Assembly: GCF_024521635.1 (NCBI RefSeq) | Contig: NW_026250449.1 | Span: 1-64,000 of the forward strand | Direction: 5' to 3' | Source of the DNA: Tricharina praecox | Taxonomy: Eukaryota | Length of the DNA stretch: 64,000 nucleotides | Made by a program: the position numbers and the translations under genes | Notes under the pieces: generated by a model | Told to the model about the DNA's origin: nothing | Seen by the model: the letters and a program-made list of their open reading frames with translations, nothing else | Database searches by the model: none | Part shown: piece after piece, positions 1 through 12,982 of the stretch | Layout: each line of letters begins with the position of its first letter | How positions within the stretch are numbered: the stretch's first letter is position 1

Positions 1-35
1 GGTAGTCCCCGAATCATGGAAACGAAATGCGAATG

Positions 36-42
36 AGAGACG

Positions 43-86
<44 letters not shown>
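36..86. repeat. (GA)n microsatellite; the CT-rich leader of an inverted array unit
   Basis: Visible GA dinucleotide run next to the inverted upstream motif at 137-250. Confidence 0.9.
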
Positions 87-88
<2 letters not shown>

Positions 89-136
89 GGTGGTTGGGGA
101 GGAGAGAACGACTGGTGGCGACGCAAAAACTCACCT

Positions 137-250
137 GGTGCTGAAGCTGAATCGCCTTTGAGTCACTATTGAGGCTTGTCGCTGCCGCAATCGAGGCATG
201 TGATGTCACTCGAGGCGAGTGATGCATAGTGACGTACCATCGGAGAAGTG
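137..250 (-). promoter_or_regulatory. Inverted copy of the array upstream element (palindrome at 206-222)
   Basis: Reverse complement reads atgcatcactcgcctcgagtgacatcacatgcctc...gcgacaagcctcaatagtgactcaaaggcgattcagcttcagcacc, matching the + strand copies at 37-53 kb. Confidence 0.75.
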
Positions 251-1459
251 CGGCACTCTAGCCGCATAGACCAGCTGACACTTCCGGTGGGTATGGAGAC
301 TCTCCTGTTAACTTACGACGATGAATAGACTCGAGGACTAGATTTTTTTTCCCGCACAGGGAACTCGGAGTATAACACTACGATCAACGGGATAACACAG
401 GTCGAGCCCGTGATCCAGTCCCCTCCTCAAGTAGGCAAGCAGTGCAGGAAGCCTACTCGGTCCGTCACGTGTCGACTGCCCAATACCCAATGCCCATATA
501 CCGGTATTGAAATCATGGCGATGTACTATAGAGCGACGATCGGCGCTTTACTCAGTCGAAGAAGCTCCTTGCCGGTACTGTGACTCAAGAGTAAAGCCAC
601 GTATCGGCATCAGCCTGTCGTATCCAACTACCCCTTCCTCCAGGTTTCTCCAGCTCTTGGCTTAGTTACTGTTTATCTCGCTCGCGGTTCCACTAGTAGT
701 TCATTAATTCACTACTATGATCCATCCCTCCGGTCCTACCTACCTATCCATGCTGTATACGCCGTTGATTCCCTCAGAACTACCCATGGACTGGCGCCCC
801 ATGCAATTACTTACATAGTCACAAACCACCGCAGCGGAACGGGCCGTCCATACCTAGTCGCTCGTTTTGCGCCGCTAGATGCAGATCCTCCAGCACGCGG
901 CGCGGGATCTCCGCCTAGGTAGAGAAAGCACGGTACTCTGCTTGGCAGGATTCGGCCTATCGTCCGGAAAAAAAAAGCTCGGATTTTCACCGGTACGCTA
1001 TATTTGGTTTGTAACTTTGTCACGCGCTGGTGGTTACGCCGTAGCAGTGTGATGGTTGTCTATGTTTCCGCACGCGTGTGTGTGAGTTGAACTACGGAAT
1101 TGTAAACAGCGAAATGAGACACCAGGAGAAAGGAAATATGAGATGCCAGAAGAACTAGCCGACACGCCCGCCCGCCATCTAGTCGTGATACCACTTTTCA
1201 ATACTCCATTACCCCATACCAGATACAATTGTTCGTTTTTATAGGAGATAGCTGAATGTCCAATTCAAGTAATGTACATCGACATAAAGAATCATGAAGC
1301 GCACACTCGACTAGAAAACAAAAAAAAACGGGTTTAAGTAAACAAGTAAAAAAAATATTGATTATAAAGCAAAAAAAAATAATGTCAGGCCACAAAAAAG
1401 CAAAGACATGCGCACTCAGAACGGATTAAAAACTCCCGAGAAAAGAAACCCCGAGAAAA

Positions 1460-2776
1460 TCAAACACCCTTGCGGGCCTGACGTTCCTCGTACTTGTCCG
1501 TCAACCTGCGGACCTCGTCTCCATGCTTGACCGTGCCAAGTATGACAGCAGGATTATTGCCCGCGACCTCATTGTACCAGTTGCTCCTCATATCCGCGTA
1601 TTCCTCCCTCACTAGTATGAGACCAATGGCGGCTCTATTGTCGCGCTCCATTCTGCGCCACTTTCTCTTTGCCTCCTTGGCGTGAAAGGCCTTCCAGAAA
1701 GCCGCCTCGGTTAGGTCCAGCTGCTCGTCGGTGGGCCGCTTAAGCATCAACCCCGTTTGCGTGAGCACCACACCCTAGTCCTGACGCATGTCGGCCCAGA
1801 ACGTCCTGGCCGCCTGCTCGCGGCTTTGAGCAGAATTGTTCTCATCCATGGGAACCGGCCTGGCCAGTATATAGGCGCTCCTGGCCGCACAGATGAGATC
1901 GGCGTCGAACCCGAACTTCTGCTCGACGTAGGCACGCACCAGGGATCTCCTCATATCGCCGTGAGGGCCGTGAGGGAGATACACGAGCAGCTCGCTGTCT
2001 CGCAACCCCCACATCTCCTTAGCCGAGCCAACGTCAATGATGTCGTACAGCTCGTGCAGCTTCTCATCGCAGGGGCGGTAGCAGCGGATGCTCTCGTCCA
2101 TCGCTGCGAGCCGCGACGACGGCATGAGGCAGTATCTGCACCGTCGTGCGAGCCACCGGATGAGTACATTCCGGAAACAGTTATCTCGAGCCGTCCTAAA
2201 TGGTGGCAATATAGGTTTACGGACCCTGGGATCTTCGGCTGCATTGTTGAGGATGCGGAAACAGCGAGTCTCTATTAAGTGGTATAGGAGCCGGCACGAG
2301 CTGGAGAGAGCTACGAATGGATGCGAGCGGATGTTTTCGACGTGGACTGGAACGAGGAACTCGAGGATATTATAGAGGATCTCATTAGGGAATGCGAGGA
2401 GCGTCAGGGTTGGTTTCGGCGGAGCTCTGGTGAAGCGCAGGGGTGATGTCGAACGTCGTATGGCGTCGGTCGAGAGTGGCACTGGGGCTGGTGCGGTGAA
2501 GTCACTGATGGAGGGTAGTGAAGTGGAGGGCCAGGCCGATGTCGAGGGCACTCCGGTAAAGGTCATGGTTGACGTCGAGGTCATTCCGATGAAAGAAATG
2601 GCTGACGCCGAGGGCGTTCCGGTTGAGGAGATGCCGGACATCGGAGTGAGTGCGGGGACGAGCTGGCAGAGGTCGGCGGTTCTTGGGATGGTTCGGTCAA
2701 GGGTGCGGCTGGGGCCGAGGGAAGTGGGGGGTTCGACATGGCTGATATCGGGGGAAGGCGTGGCTGATCCTAGCAT
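1460..2776 (-). CDS. F-box domain protein interrupted by one in-frame TAG at 1775-1777 (pseudogene or editing-dependent gene)
   Basis: F-box motif LLAFPNEILYNILEFL...FVALSSSCRLLYHLI after a Ser/Thr/Pro-rich N-terminus, then CRYC...CYRPC. ORFs 1775-2776 and 1460-1771 are in the same frame. The paralog at 25451 reads QDW where this copy reads QD*. Confidence 0.75.
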
Positions 2777-2909
2777 TAGCGAGCAATGGTGACGGGAGAT
2801 TTAGCGGTGAGAAGCGGCTTGGTGGTGTCGTAATATCGATGGTGTAATATCGATGGTGAGGTCGATGTGAGAGGATCGATGATGGGAAATGAATAAGAAA
2901 CAGGATAAC

Positions 2910-3038
2910 GGTAGGAGTGGTAGGAGTGGTAGGAGTGGTAGGAGTGGTAGGAGTGGTAGGAGTGGTAGGAGTGGTAGGAGTGGTAGGAGTGGTAGGAGTG
3001 GTAGGAGTGCTAGAAGTGGTAGAAGTGGTAGAAGTGGT
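2910..3038 (+). repeat. 9-bp tandem repeat (GGTAGGAGT)x11 plus about 3 degenerate units
   Basis: Counted directly; lies upstream of the F-box gene. Confidence 0.95.
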
Positions 3039-3510
3039 CGAAGCGCTAGCGTGTGGAGCAGGTTGAATGACCGTTGGCAGGTGGATGAGGTTGAATGGCG
3101 TTGAGCGGGAGACTAGAGCGGGCTTCATCATAGATGCTTCAAAGTTTACCTCTTTCTGACTTTCGCAGCACTGATCACACACAACCACCATCTCTTCGGC
3201 GGCAACTTCCGACCCATCGAGAATAACACCTATCACATGATGACTGGGAATAATATCGGCACACACACATTTTATGCGGTGGTGGGCATACATGGACGGC
3301 GTGGATAACATCCTGCGAGTCGAGTCTGGTGGCGATCGTGGATTTGTCTTTGTGCACCTTCTGCACGCGAGATATGTAATAAGTAAATAGGCATCTAGTG
3401 CATAACTGAGATGCGTCGCGACGAGCTCGAAAACATACAAAATCATCGAGGATGGAGTTACTCGCGATACATTTGAAAAACGAAGCAAAAAGATAACAGC
3501 TCCTGAAGAC

Positions 3511-3790
3511 CTAGGCATCGTCCTCTATGTCCCCATCCTCTTCCATGTCCTCATCCATGCCGGAACCCACCGCTCTGTCCGCGTCCTCATCCTTGTCCTC
3601 TCCCATGTCCTCGTCCTCGTCCATGTCCTCCTCACCACCTCCTTTGCACTTCTCCTGTTCCTCCATTTTTATATCCATACCCCAATCCATCTTTACCGTC
3701 ATCGGTATTTCAATGTCGATTTCCGTCTTAATCTCTATATTCATCTCCATCTTGATGTTGAGTCTTAAGTCGTTTTTGAGGCTTGCCGCT
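3511..3790 (-). pseudogene. Inverted, 5'-truncated member of the acidic Met-rich microprotein family
   Basis: ...IKMEMNIEIKTEIDIEI...EEDMDEDEDMGEDKDEDAD...DIEDDA*. Region 3180-3620 is the reverse complement of about 38310-38710, and 4000-4160 is a degenerate inverted upstream region. Confidence 0.7.
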
Positions 3791-4160
3791 GCGAGCGTCG
3801 AGGCATACAATGTTGTAATACCTCAGTCATCTGCTTAGTTACGGTAGAAGGTACGGACCTTCACCCCTACTTCCTACACTGTCGAGACCCTCCTTCTTGC
3901 ATAGACACAATACGATACATCTCTTAACCATCATATTCTTCACCATTTCCAACACACAACATCACACGGACTACGAATGACTTTGTGTGATGTGATGCCC
4001 GAGATCCACAGAGCAGCGGGTGATTACGACAGCTTGGATTTCGTACATATACTCTATTAGGAGGCACCCTAAGTTTCATTTCTACGGGAGGTCATGTTGC
4101 CTATCGCTAACCCGAGCGGCGAGCCGTAGCCGACAAGTACAGGGTCAGTAGAGCTGGCTA

Positions 4161-4185
4161 CAGTGTTCTACATAATCCAGTCCCG
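4161..4185 (-). mobile_element. Solo terminus of hAT-like MITE family A
   Basis: cagtgttctacataatccagtcccg matches the reverse complement of the family A right end (cgggactggtctatgtagaacactg). Confidence 0.65.
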
Positions 4186-4327
4186 TCATGAGGGGCCGAG
4201 GGCTGCTCAGGATACGGGGCAATGCACCACCGGATTCTTAGTTCCAATTCTTATCGATTGCCGAATCGAGCCAGGATATATTACAGCTCCATCGGGTATA
4301 AATAAAAAACACAATCCCTCCACACAA

Positions 4328-7300
4328 TCATCCAACAAACCTCTCCCAACTACCATCACCACAGAAAAGGCCTAGCCCGTTTTTTTTATTCCCCCTATCC
4401 GAAAACTTGCAGACACGGCCATCCTCCTCGGTCACATCTGCCGCTAGTCTCGTCTCTATATAGACGGCGTCGCATAGAAAAGGCCTCTCTCCAAAGTTCG
4501 ACCGAATTCTAACCCCCGGATTCATCCGAAACTGGCAACACACCATTCCTTTCACGCCCGTGACCGTGGCATCTATTTCGACGTCAGTCATAAGCTGTGT
4601 CACGTAACTCGAGTGAAACCGGACTTACCGAGAACCTTTCCGTCGCAGGTAAAGAACGCGATGTGGTTGATGAGATCCACAGCACAGCCGACGACGCTTC
4701 CCTTTCCGAACGTAGGCCAGGTATGTTTCGAACGATTCTTCTTGGCCGCGATGGTACCGTTGGCGGAGTAGCAGACGGCGCGGGAGTTCTTGTTGTAATC
4801 GGTGCACGCACTGGACACATCCAGACCGACATCCTCAGTGTCCTGAGGGTCCATCTCCTCGATTATGGTTTCGAAATAGAAATAGGGAGCTTGGGGTGGA
4901 ACTGGGTGGTTGAATCTGACTATACACCAGGGTTCGTCTAGGAATGTGGAATTAGTAAGCCCACTCGTAAAGCGATGGTCAGGAGAACTAACCCGGCGGA
5001 AGATATGCGCTGGACCCTTCAAACACCACGCTCGACCGCACACACCCCATATGTTCCCGGATAGGTCGCAACTTCCAGCCTGAAGGCTTCTTCACGAGTG
5101 GTTCGATGCCTAATCTTGTGTCGGCAAAGAGGGTGAGATCCATCGGTTTGTTGAGAGAAGTGAGCCGCGTGACAAGATCTACCGTCCAGCCGTGTTGATC
5201 GGTGGACTGCGCCGGAACACCGCGTTTTATGAGTTCGTTTACCACCTCGAAATTATCGCGGCCCGCTGCCAAAACCATGAGATCGCGCAGCATTTTGTCC
5301 TCCGGAGAAGGCTTGTAGACGTCCAGAAGCACCCCAAGTGTCTTCGGATGTCCGCGAACTGCTGCTAGCTTGATACATTCGGGGAGCGCACCAAAGGAGT
5401 TATCTGCATAAGCCATCATCGGCTCGAGAAACTTGTAGTAGCCCATTCGAGCTGCGATGCAGGAGACACCGAGCAGTATATTACGGGCCCCCGGCTCTTT
5501 GAAGAGTATCTCTCCATCTTTCTGTAGAGTGTTCTTGGCGCTTTCATGAAAATTAGAAGCCACAGCATAAAAAAGCTCATACGCGGCGGTACGGGCTCTT
5601 AGTGACCCCGAACAATCGAAACCCTCTTGCATGTACTGTCCCCCTCCGTGTTGTCTCAGGAGTTCAAAAATCTTGCTTTGGCAAGCCACTCCCGCCGATT
5701 CGAACGGAGTGAGTTCGATGGAGCTGCGCATGCTCTGGTCGGCCCCAGCCTCGAGGCAGAGCCTGACTCCTTCAATGCTGGTGATGGGTGTGTCTGCTGC
5801 AAATTTCAATGGCCAGTTGCCGTCTGGTGTGACGCGGTTCACATCGGCGCCGTGCTCAATCAGGAATTCCACGAGGCGGAAGTCAGGCGGACCATTGCGC
5901 TCGGTACAAACCTTCACTGCCACATTCAGCGCCAGCCAGTGCTGGCCAGCCATGGCGTTAACATCCGCTCCTGCGTCAACGATCAGCCGGGCAACCTCGA
6001 GGCTACCAGCTGTACATGCAGCGCTCAGGGCATTCCCATAGCCCGTAGCTGCCGTTTTCTCGCTCGTATTCTGTGCCCGGACATCGCCGACACCTTTCGA
6101 AAGAAAGTACTTTGTGACAGAGTAAAGACCCAAGGCGCAAGCATAGACCAGGGGCTTTTTTTCGCGCCGCTGATCTTGGGAAAGATAGGCGTTTATTCCT
6201 TCTGTAATGCGGTTGTCGGAATAAAATCTCAGGGCTTCGTAGGCTTCCATCCATGCGTCAAAGTTGCCCTCCATGTCCTCGTCTAGGAAGAAACGTTCGA
6301 CAATGGAGAGAAATGACATGTCGTCGGCGTCCGTATGCCCCTGCGCGTGCGGACCCCAGTATTTGGATGCGTACTTGTAGAGAGCCCATGTATCACATCG
6401 GCGTGCCAGCTCTTCCTTTTCGCTGCAAGGACCGTCGCGAAAGAGATCGAGACAGAGATATGTTAGGCACAGCTTTGCCAACTGGATGTTCGATTCCTGC
6501 GTGTCAATGAAGTAGTCCGAGTAGGGTCCTGTCTTCAATTCGCGAGCGACGAAGAACTCCTTGACCGAAAAGTGACCCAATGTCACCGTGTCAGCATTGA
6601 TGTCCAGTTGCACAAGACTGCCGCATATCTCGATGACGTCTTCGGGATCGTTGAGGAATGTTTCCGGATCGAGTTCCGTATCCCCAAGCTCGATGGCAAT
6701 CCCTTCAACCAGCTCACTCACACTTAAAGGACGAAGCGAGCAGGTCAGCCATCGGAGTATCCGTAATGCGAGGTCTTTGTCATCGTCCGATATCCCCCCT
6801 ACAATCCTCTCGTAGGTTTCGTTGAGACCTGATGGGAGGCTTGTGAGAGCCTTCTTGATAGCCTTATCGTTCCGGAGGCCGGCGATCTGATCCAACTGAC
6901 ACTTTGCCCAGCGAAACCTGCACTGAGTGATAAGCAATGATTACCGCAAGTGAGCTAAGACAGGATCACGTACATGCCATCCGCCTGTGAAGAAATGGCA
7001 GCAATAACTTCCTGCTTCGTCGCTCCCTTGAGTTTTCTTCTCAACTTGTTGTTTCGCTCGCATTCGTCCATCACAAACGAGGTGATATCCTGTGAGTTGA
7101 CAGACGCGTCGATGCGTAACTTGGGAACCTCAGCGAGCTCTGACTTGATGTCGACCTCGTCTCGGCTGGTGATCAGGAGACTGATACCTGCCAAGCGATT
7201 AAACTCCATCATGGTCTGCAAGATCTTCGTACGAGCAGCAGGCTCACACTCATCGAGACCATCAATAACAACACGTGTCCGGCCGAACGCCACTTTGGAG

Positions 7301-8485
7301 GCTGAATTCAACAAATATTCCTTGAGAAAACCTTCAAGCGGTGGACTCATATTGCTTTTCATGAAGACATCCTGAAGATCGGGTGGCATGTGATCCGGGG
7401 AATAGGTCTCGACGATCTGCGCGAGGAGTGAACCATAGATCCCCGCTGGTGTTTGCTTCTGGACGTCTCGATAATCGCAGTAGAAGTAAATGGTCCTGGT
7501 TGGGCACTTATTTCCCATCTTTTGCTCTTCCTCCAGGAGGTGATCGAGGATTATGGAGCTGTGAATGTCAGCATCACGGAGACTTATCAGCGGTGGGTTC
7601 GCAGCTCGGTACGTACGATAGTATACTCTTTCCGGTCCCAGCTACGGTTTGTCAGATAGAACTCGGTAACCAGCGGATGAGGCCAATCCTACCAGACCCA
7701 TGCAACCACATCACCGGGTTTCTCTCGGTCTTCCAGAGTTCAAAGGCTTTCGAAGTAAGGAACCACAGTCCCGTTCCACGTTGCTGAAGCTCGCGCGCAG
7801 CTAGATGATTCTCTCGTGGATTCGCGGGAGAAAGCCATGCAATGACCGATCGGAAAGTTTTGCCTTTGGACAGACAGTTGTTATCAATCTGAACTTTTGG
7901 GTAGAATAAGGAGCCACCAACTCATTTGCTCTTGTTGCTTTGCGATGCGCTCAGATTCATGAGCAAGCCGCATCACTCGTACCTCTTCGATTGCCTGCTT
8001 CAATGCGATGCTGATACGAGCACAGTCAGTATTCCGCATCCCGACGGTAGAGAGTGGATAACTTGCTTGTTCTCTCGCTGCATCGCCAACGAAAAAGTAT
8101 TCTTATATCTCTCCATTCGAGCAATCCAATCCCGGGTGTCCTGCTCTTTCAGCGGCCATTTCAAAGCTCTCCCCAACTTCCTTAGCCTGCTCCCGGAGGA
8201 ATCCTGTTGTTTGACCAGGAAGGCATAAAGCTCTTCCAGCTTGCCGTTGCACTCTTCCAACGTGCCTATCAAGCCACCAGCGATGGTCGAAGCTTGCCTC
8301 CCGGATTGCAGCGAGGAACACAGCGCCGTGAAAACTCCGCTTAGCAACGTGATCTCGGAGACGAGCAGCTGTACCTCCTCCGGGACACTGCTGACAGCCT
8401 GCCCGTATGCAATACCGAACTGGATGATTTTGCTGGCGATCTGGCAGATGCTGAAGCCGCCGAGCGCGATGGAAAGGGGGTCCAT
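4328..8485 (-). CDS. NLR-like STAND protein A: HeLo-like/SesA N-terminus, NACHT, winged helix, ankyrin repeats, SPRY (multi-exon)
   Basis: MDPLSIALG...ALKWPLKEQDT N-terminal domain; Walker A WLHGS|AGTGKS split by an intron; Walker B VVIDGLDEC; GMFRWA, LPSGLNETYERI and GHFSVKEF motifs; ankyrin repeats (GNALSAAC...GADVN); SPRY-like HPVPP..YFYFET...VVGCAVD...FFTCDG...NFGERPF. Confidence 0.9.
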
Positions 8486-9829
8486 GATCCGGGTGGTTCG
8501 ATGGTTCTGGAATTCGGTTATGGACTGGCATTTTTTTGGGCTGTGCCCCAGGTCATATATCATTGCCGGCCAGTATGCCGTGTATAACAAAAGGATGAGA
8601 GGGGTATCCAGTACAAGCCAGCTGCGGGGGTATCTGGAGTGGATGTTTCACACCGGGTGGTGTGCGCCTGTAGCCGCCCACTCTAGCTGCATGTCCTCTG
8701 TGGCCTGGCGGCAGTTTGCTGCATGCGCGAACACGGACACTCATTAGCGCAATCGAGGCGACCTGGCGACGCCGCGACAGGGGCGCCACCTTATGGTCTA
8801 TGATAGGCTTCCTTCCTTCCTGATTATTTTACTGCCAGCGAAGCGGACAATCACTACTGGATAAATGCCCTCCGATTGGCGGTGGACAGCATGAATTCCA
8901 GACTAAAATTACATATTTCGTGGTCATGCTGTGCTCGCAAAGCTCAACTTGCACTGCAAAAACTGGCGACGATCCCACGTAATCGCGACCGTGAGTGGAT
9001 AGCTGTAATCCATCGCATGTTTCGGCGTCTGCGAGTGGCCTTGGCCTGCATACCAAGAGTGGCTAGTCCCACACCCTGAACTTTCGGGCAGACGCGAGGA
9101 TCCACCCGGCCACTATGAGCGAGTCGACAGGCATAGTCATAAACTTCCATCTCACCCATCAAATTATCCACCAGCTCGACCACTATCAAGCGTTCGTTCC
9201 GAAACACAGCTAACTTGATAACTACCTATTCCTATTGGGTCTCTTCTTTGCTACCTATCGATCCAATGGCACCGCCTCAGTCATCATCACGAATAGACTT
9301 CGACAATAAAGTTTTTGATCGACAGGGCCACCCCACCCCACAAAGTGAGCTCGTACGCGTCCTCATCGAAAACCATTCCCAGAGTGTTGGCATCGACACC
9401 CATCAAAGGCGAAAAGAACCCCGCTTTCATTCTGCACGCCCCCACCCCCGGATTTGGCTAAACCATGATCGCCGAGGGAACCACCAACTATATACACCCG
9501 GGATCCCTCTACCGTCCATCGCCGCCTCCGGCGAACCCTGCGACATTCCCGGCACGCCACAGAGCTCCAGCACGTGCTTGAATAAGAACAGTCATTCGCG
9601 CCGTTGTCCGCCTCGGAGAAGCCGGCTTCCTCCTCACGTAGCCCTCCGCCATTCCCAGCGCGCAACACTCTCCTGTTAAACAAGCAGTCGATGACGAATG
9701 GGAGACGGTGCCGGTGGGATCTGGGAGGAGTATATCTTGATGATTTTCACAACTAGCTAGCTCTGAGTGTCTACAATACCCAGAAGCGGTGCTCATCCTA
9801 CTGGAAAAGGGAGTGGCGGCTACACATTC

Positions 9830-10632
9830 GGTGTTTTGCCAGTCGAAGCGAATCGTGTTAGCTGTGTGGACTATGACCCTATGCTCGAGTCGTTAGTACG
9901 GGGGATGGAATCGAATACACCAACAAACTGCGCTGTGTCGTCGCCCCTGAACAGCAACATGATCTTCGTATGATGCGTTCCGAAAGCTTCGGGCATGTAG
10001 GCGGCGACAATCCTCGCGTTCCGAAACACCTTTACTTGCTCATCCATTATCCATCCTCTTCCTCCACAGATCGTCCGACTCCAATTCCCATGCGCGAATA
10101 CCGCCTTCACGTGCCTCGCGATATCCTCATCAAATTGCCCCATGACCCACGCGATATCATGCATGTAATTGAGCCGCCATACCTCGCGTAGCATCACGTC
10201 GCCGAGTATCGGAGTATGCCATTGATGCCGACGTAGCTTGTTTTCCGAGTCGGTCGATCGCGGATACGCGTGAGACGGAAGGGCGAAGAGACTGTCTGCG
10301 TCGACGACTCGGTGGCAGCTGCCTTCGTTTCGGTAGCAACAGTAGTGGTTGAAGACTTCGGTTCGCCGCGACGGAAGCCAGCGCTCGCGTCGGGTTAAGC
10401 GACACTGAGGTCAATCACTTGCTTCGACGCAGTCGTTTCGCCGGCTAACTGTGGACGAAGAAAGTCGCGAAGTCTGTCGCTCTCGTCGTCGAACGTGGCA
10501 GGATCCGTGGGCTTGTACACGTGTAGCCGTCGCCGAGCTCGTGCGGGGTGATTTTGCGATCGTACGAAGCGAGAGAATGGAGGCTGGAAGTGCCATTGAC
10601 CTTGCGGGGCTTGTTGTTGGGGGAGATGGCAT
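9830..10632 (-). pseudogene. TDP1: TDP1 pseudogene (5' half, frameshifted, truncated)
   Basis: PTDPATFDDESDRLRDFLRPQ, VMLREVWRLNYMHDI, FGTHHTKIMLLFRGDDTAQ, then the same intron and VIVHTANTIRFDWQN. The pieces lie in different frames and the second HKD half is absent. Confidence 0.85.
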
Positions 10633-11206
10633 CGCGGCGTAGTTTGTGGATGGGTTAACGAATGAGGGCGTGAGAGTAGTTGCGCTGTTGAGGTTGAATG
10701 GGAGCGGGTGACCGGATGAATTCTCGGAGAAGCGTGGAAGAAAAGCGATGACGTCATTCGGTACCGTCAAAATTCATCAACACGCTTCTTCGCCAACCAC
10801 AGCCAAGTCATCGCGCGTTCGGTGTTGCGACTGGCCGGGCGAAAAAGCGGCCCGTCTCCTGGAGAGGGCATATCTCAGCCCTCAGAATGTCCCAACCAGC
10901 AATATGTGTCCGAATATACATAGGAAAATCGATTGCGAGGGCCGAAGAAGCTCTTCACCTACATATTCCTAAGATTGGAGTAAGTCAAGCCAAGAGCTTT
11001 AGGATTGTCCACGGCCAACCATGTGATACGTGACCATGCCCAGCTCTGCACCTGGCCAAAAGCAGTTTAGTCCGGCGGCCAGCGTACGACTTTCCCCGCT
11101 TCTCCGCTGTCATCGTATAAGAACCCCAGCATCCCATCCCGTCAAGCTTCGCGTCTCCATCTCTCCGAACCCATCCCGAAAGCAAAACCTCACGACCTCT
11201 TACAAC

Positions 11207-11606
11207 ATGCCCAGTGGTTCCCCCGAATTCCAGCAAGCTTGCGCGGACGTCAAGACGCTAGGCTCGAAGCCTAAGGACGTGGTTCAGTTGGAGGTACGGA
11301 TGTTTTGCTTCGTTCTGCTCAACCGTCTCGTCTCGTTGTTAGCATGTATCACGATCTGACGCGTCCTATATTATAGCTCTACGCCTTGTTCAAGCGAGTG
11401 ACCGTGGGTGATGTCACGGGGAAGGAACCGAAGCCTGGGTTCACAGACGTACGTGTTCCACCGTCGCTCCTACCACGCATCCAGCTGACATGGCACAGTT
11501 TGAAGGCAAAGCCAAGTTGGCCGCTCGCCAGAAAATCGCCGGGATGTCCGAACAGGACGCAGAGAAGGCCTACATCGATCTCGTCAAGAACCTCCTCAGC
11601 GCTTAG
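11207..11606 (+). CDS. Divergent acyl-CoA-binding protein (ACBP family), 3 exons
   Basis: Spliced product MPSGSPEFQQACADVKTLGSKPKDVVQLE|LYALFKRVTVGDVTGKEPKPGFTD|FEGKAKLAARQKIAGMSEQDAEKAYIDLVKNLLSA; GT-AG introns with CTGAC branch sites. Confidence 0.85.
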
Positions 11607-12982
11607 AGTACCGTGTTCGCGTTTGTGCCCATGAGGCGTGCGATGGGGACATGTCTGTGTTAGTTATATAGGAAATACACGCTCGTGCGCGCTAATAATA
11701 TGGCTTCTGGTCCTTTCCGCAGCTATACATGCTACCTATTCCCTTGTCCGGTAAGCCTTGGAGAAGTCGTCTTACTTATCGCACGAGTGTCGTCCCCGAG
11801 TGATGGCAAGGCTATCGTCATGTGATGCCCTGTTGCTCGTGGGGTGTACCCCACCGGTTCGAAGAGGCGATGCACTGTCCGTCCGTGGCGTCGACTGTTG
11901 CTCCGGTCTGTTTCGCTCCAAAGAACTCGGCGACATCGCGATCGCCAAACATGAACAATGAGATTTTCTTGGAAGAAACGTTCCTGACTCCTGGCATGTG
12001 ATGGATTCTCGCAGGTGTCATTCATGTGAAGACCGATGACTTTTTGCCAGTAAGTCAACTGCGCCCTGCGGTACGACTGCAATGACGCTCCCACTCGGTT
12101 ACCAGTACCACCGTCGCGCATTTGAGAACAGCAAAGTCTTGTCACTGTCATGTACATAGAATCGTAAAGTATACATCATAACCTAATGTACTCTATATAC
12201 ACTGCCGGTACCTGGGTTTTCCGGTACAAGCCTGGCTATGCGTCGTGGCGCCGTCCGCAGCGCCGCCAGCTGGCAGCGCTTTACTCTAACCCTGGTGGCG
12301 TGGCACGTTTCAAACAAGTTATCGTGTGGCTATGATTGGGGCGCAGGTTTATCCGGACCCCAGGAGTTGATCATCTAGATTAGATTCGTGGCTCAGCGAG
12401 TGTCTCGGCCACTAGAAATGTCTTCAGTTTAGCTCAGCCACAATCCGATCATGATAATCAGCTTAGACCATCCGGCCCTCGGGTACTCTAGTTACTGCCT
12501 TAGCGGTGTATGCAACCGATTTCGACTGTTTCTCGACTTTACAAACAACAAATTCGACGTCATACACTGTTCTCAGGCATCGGAAGCATGGCTCAGATGC
12601 ACGCAAATGTGGGGTTCTCTCCGTGCCGATATATCTTCAAGCGGTTGTGGGTCGAGCCTTTCCTGTAATGCCCCCAGGAGCGCATTTTACCCTTGTTCGT
12701 CACCCCTGGCGCAACCCGCAACCGCTCTTATAAAGCCGATAGGAAGCTGCATTTACGACCGGCAAGACGGATACGGACAGTACACGTGCTGTATACTGGG
12801 TTTGCAGTGCCACCAGGAGAGTGGGGCTGCAGCTGTTGATACACATCCGGTTTTATATTGTGGTCATCAGCCACGGGGTACATATTAGTTAGGTATTGCC
12901 GGGAGCACTGCGGCGATTCTTATATAGAGGGGTGGACCTGACGGAGGAGATTTCTCGTCACGTATTGTCGTTAACTATCGCC

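Noticed and set aside
2697..3518. 273-aa ORF with PTT repeats, and the opposite-strand GRS ORF
   Set aside because: Created by the 9-bp repeat crossing non-coding duplicated flanks.
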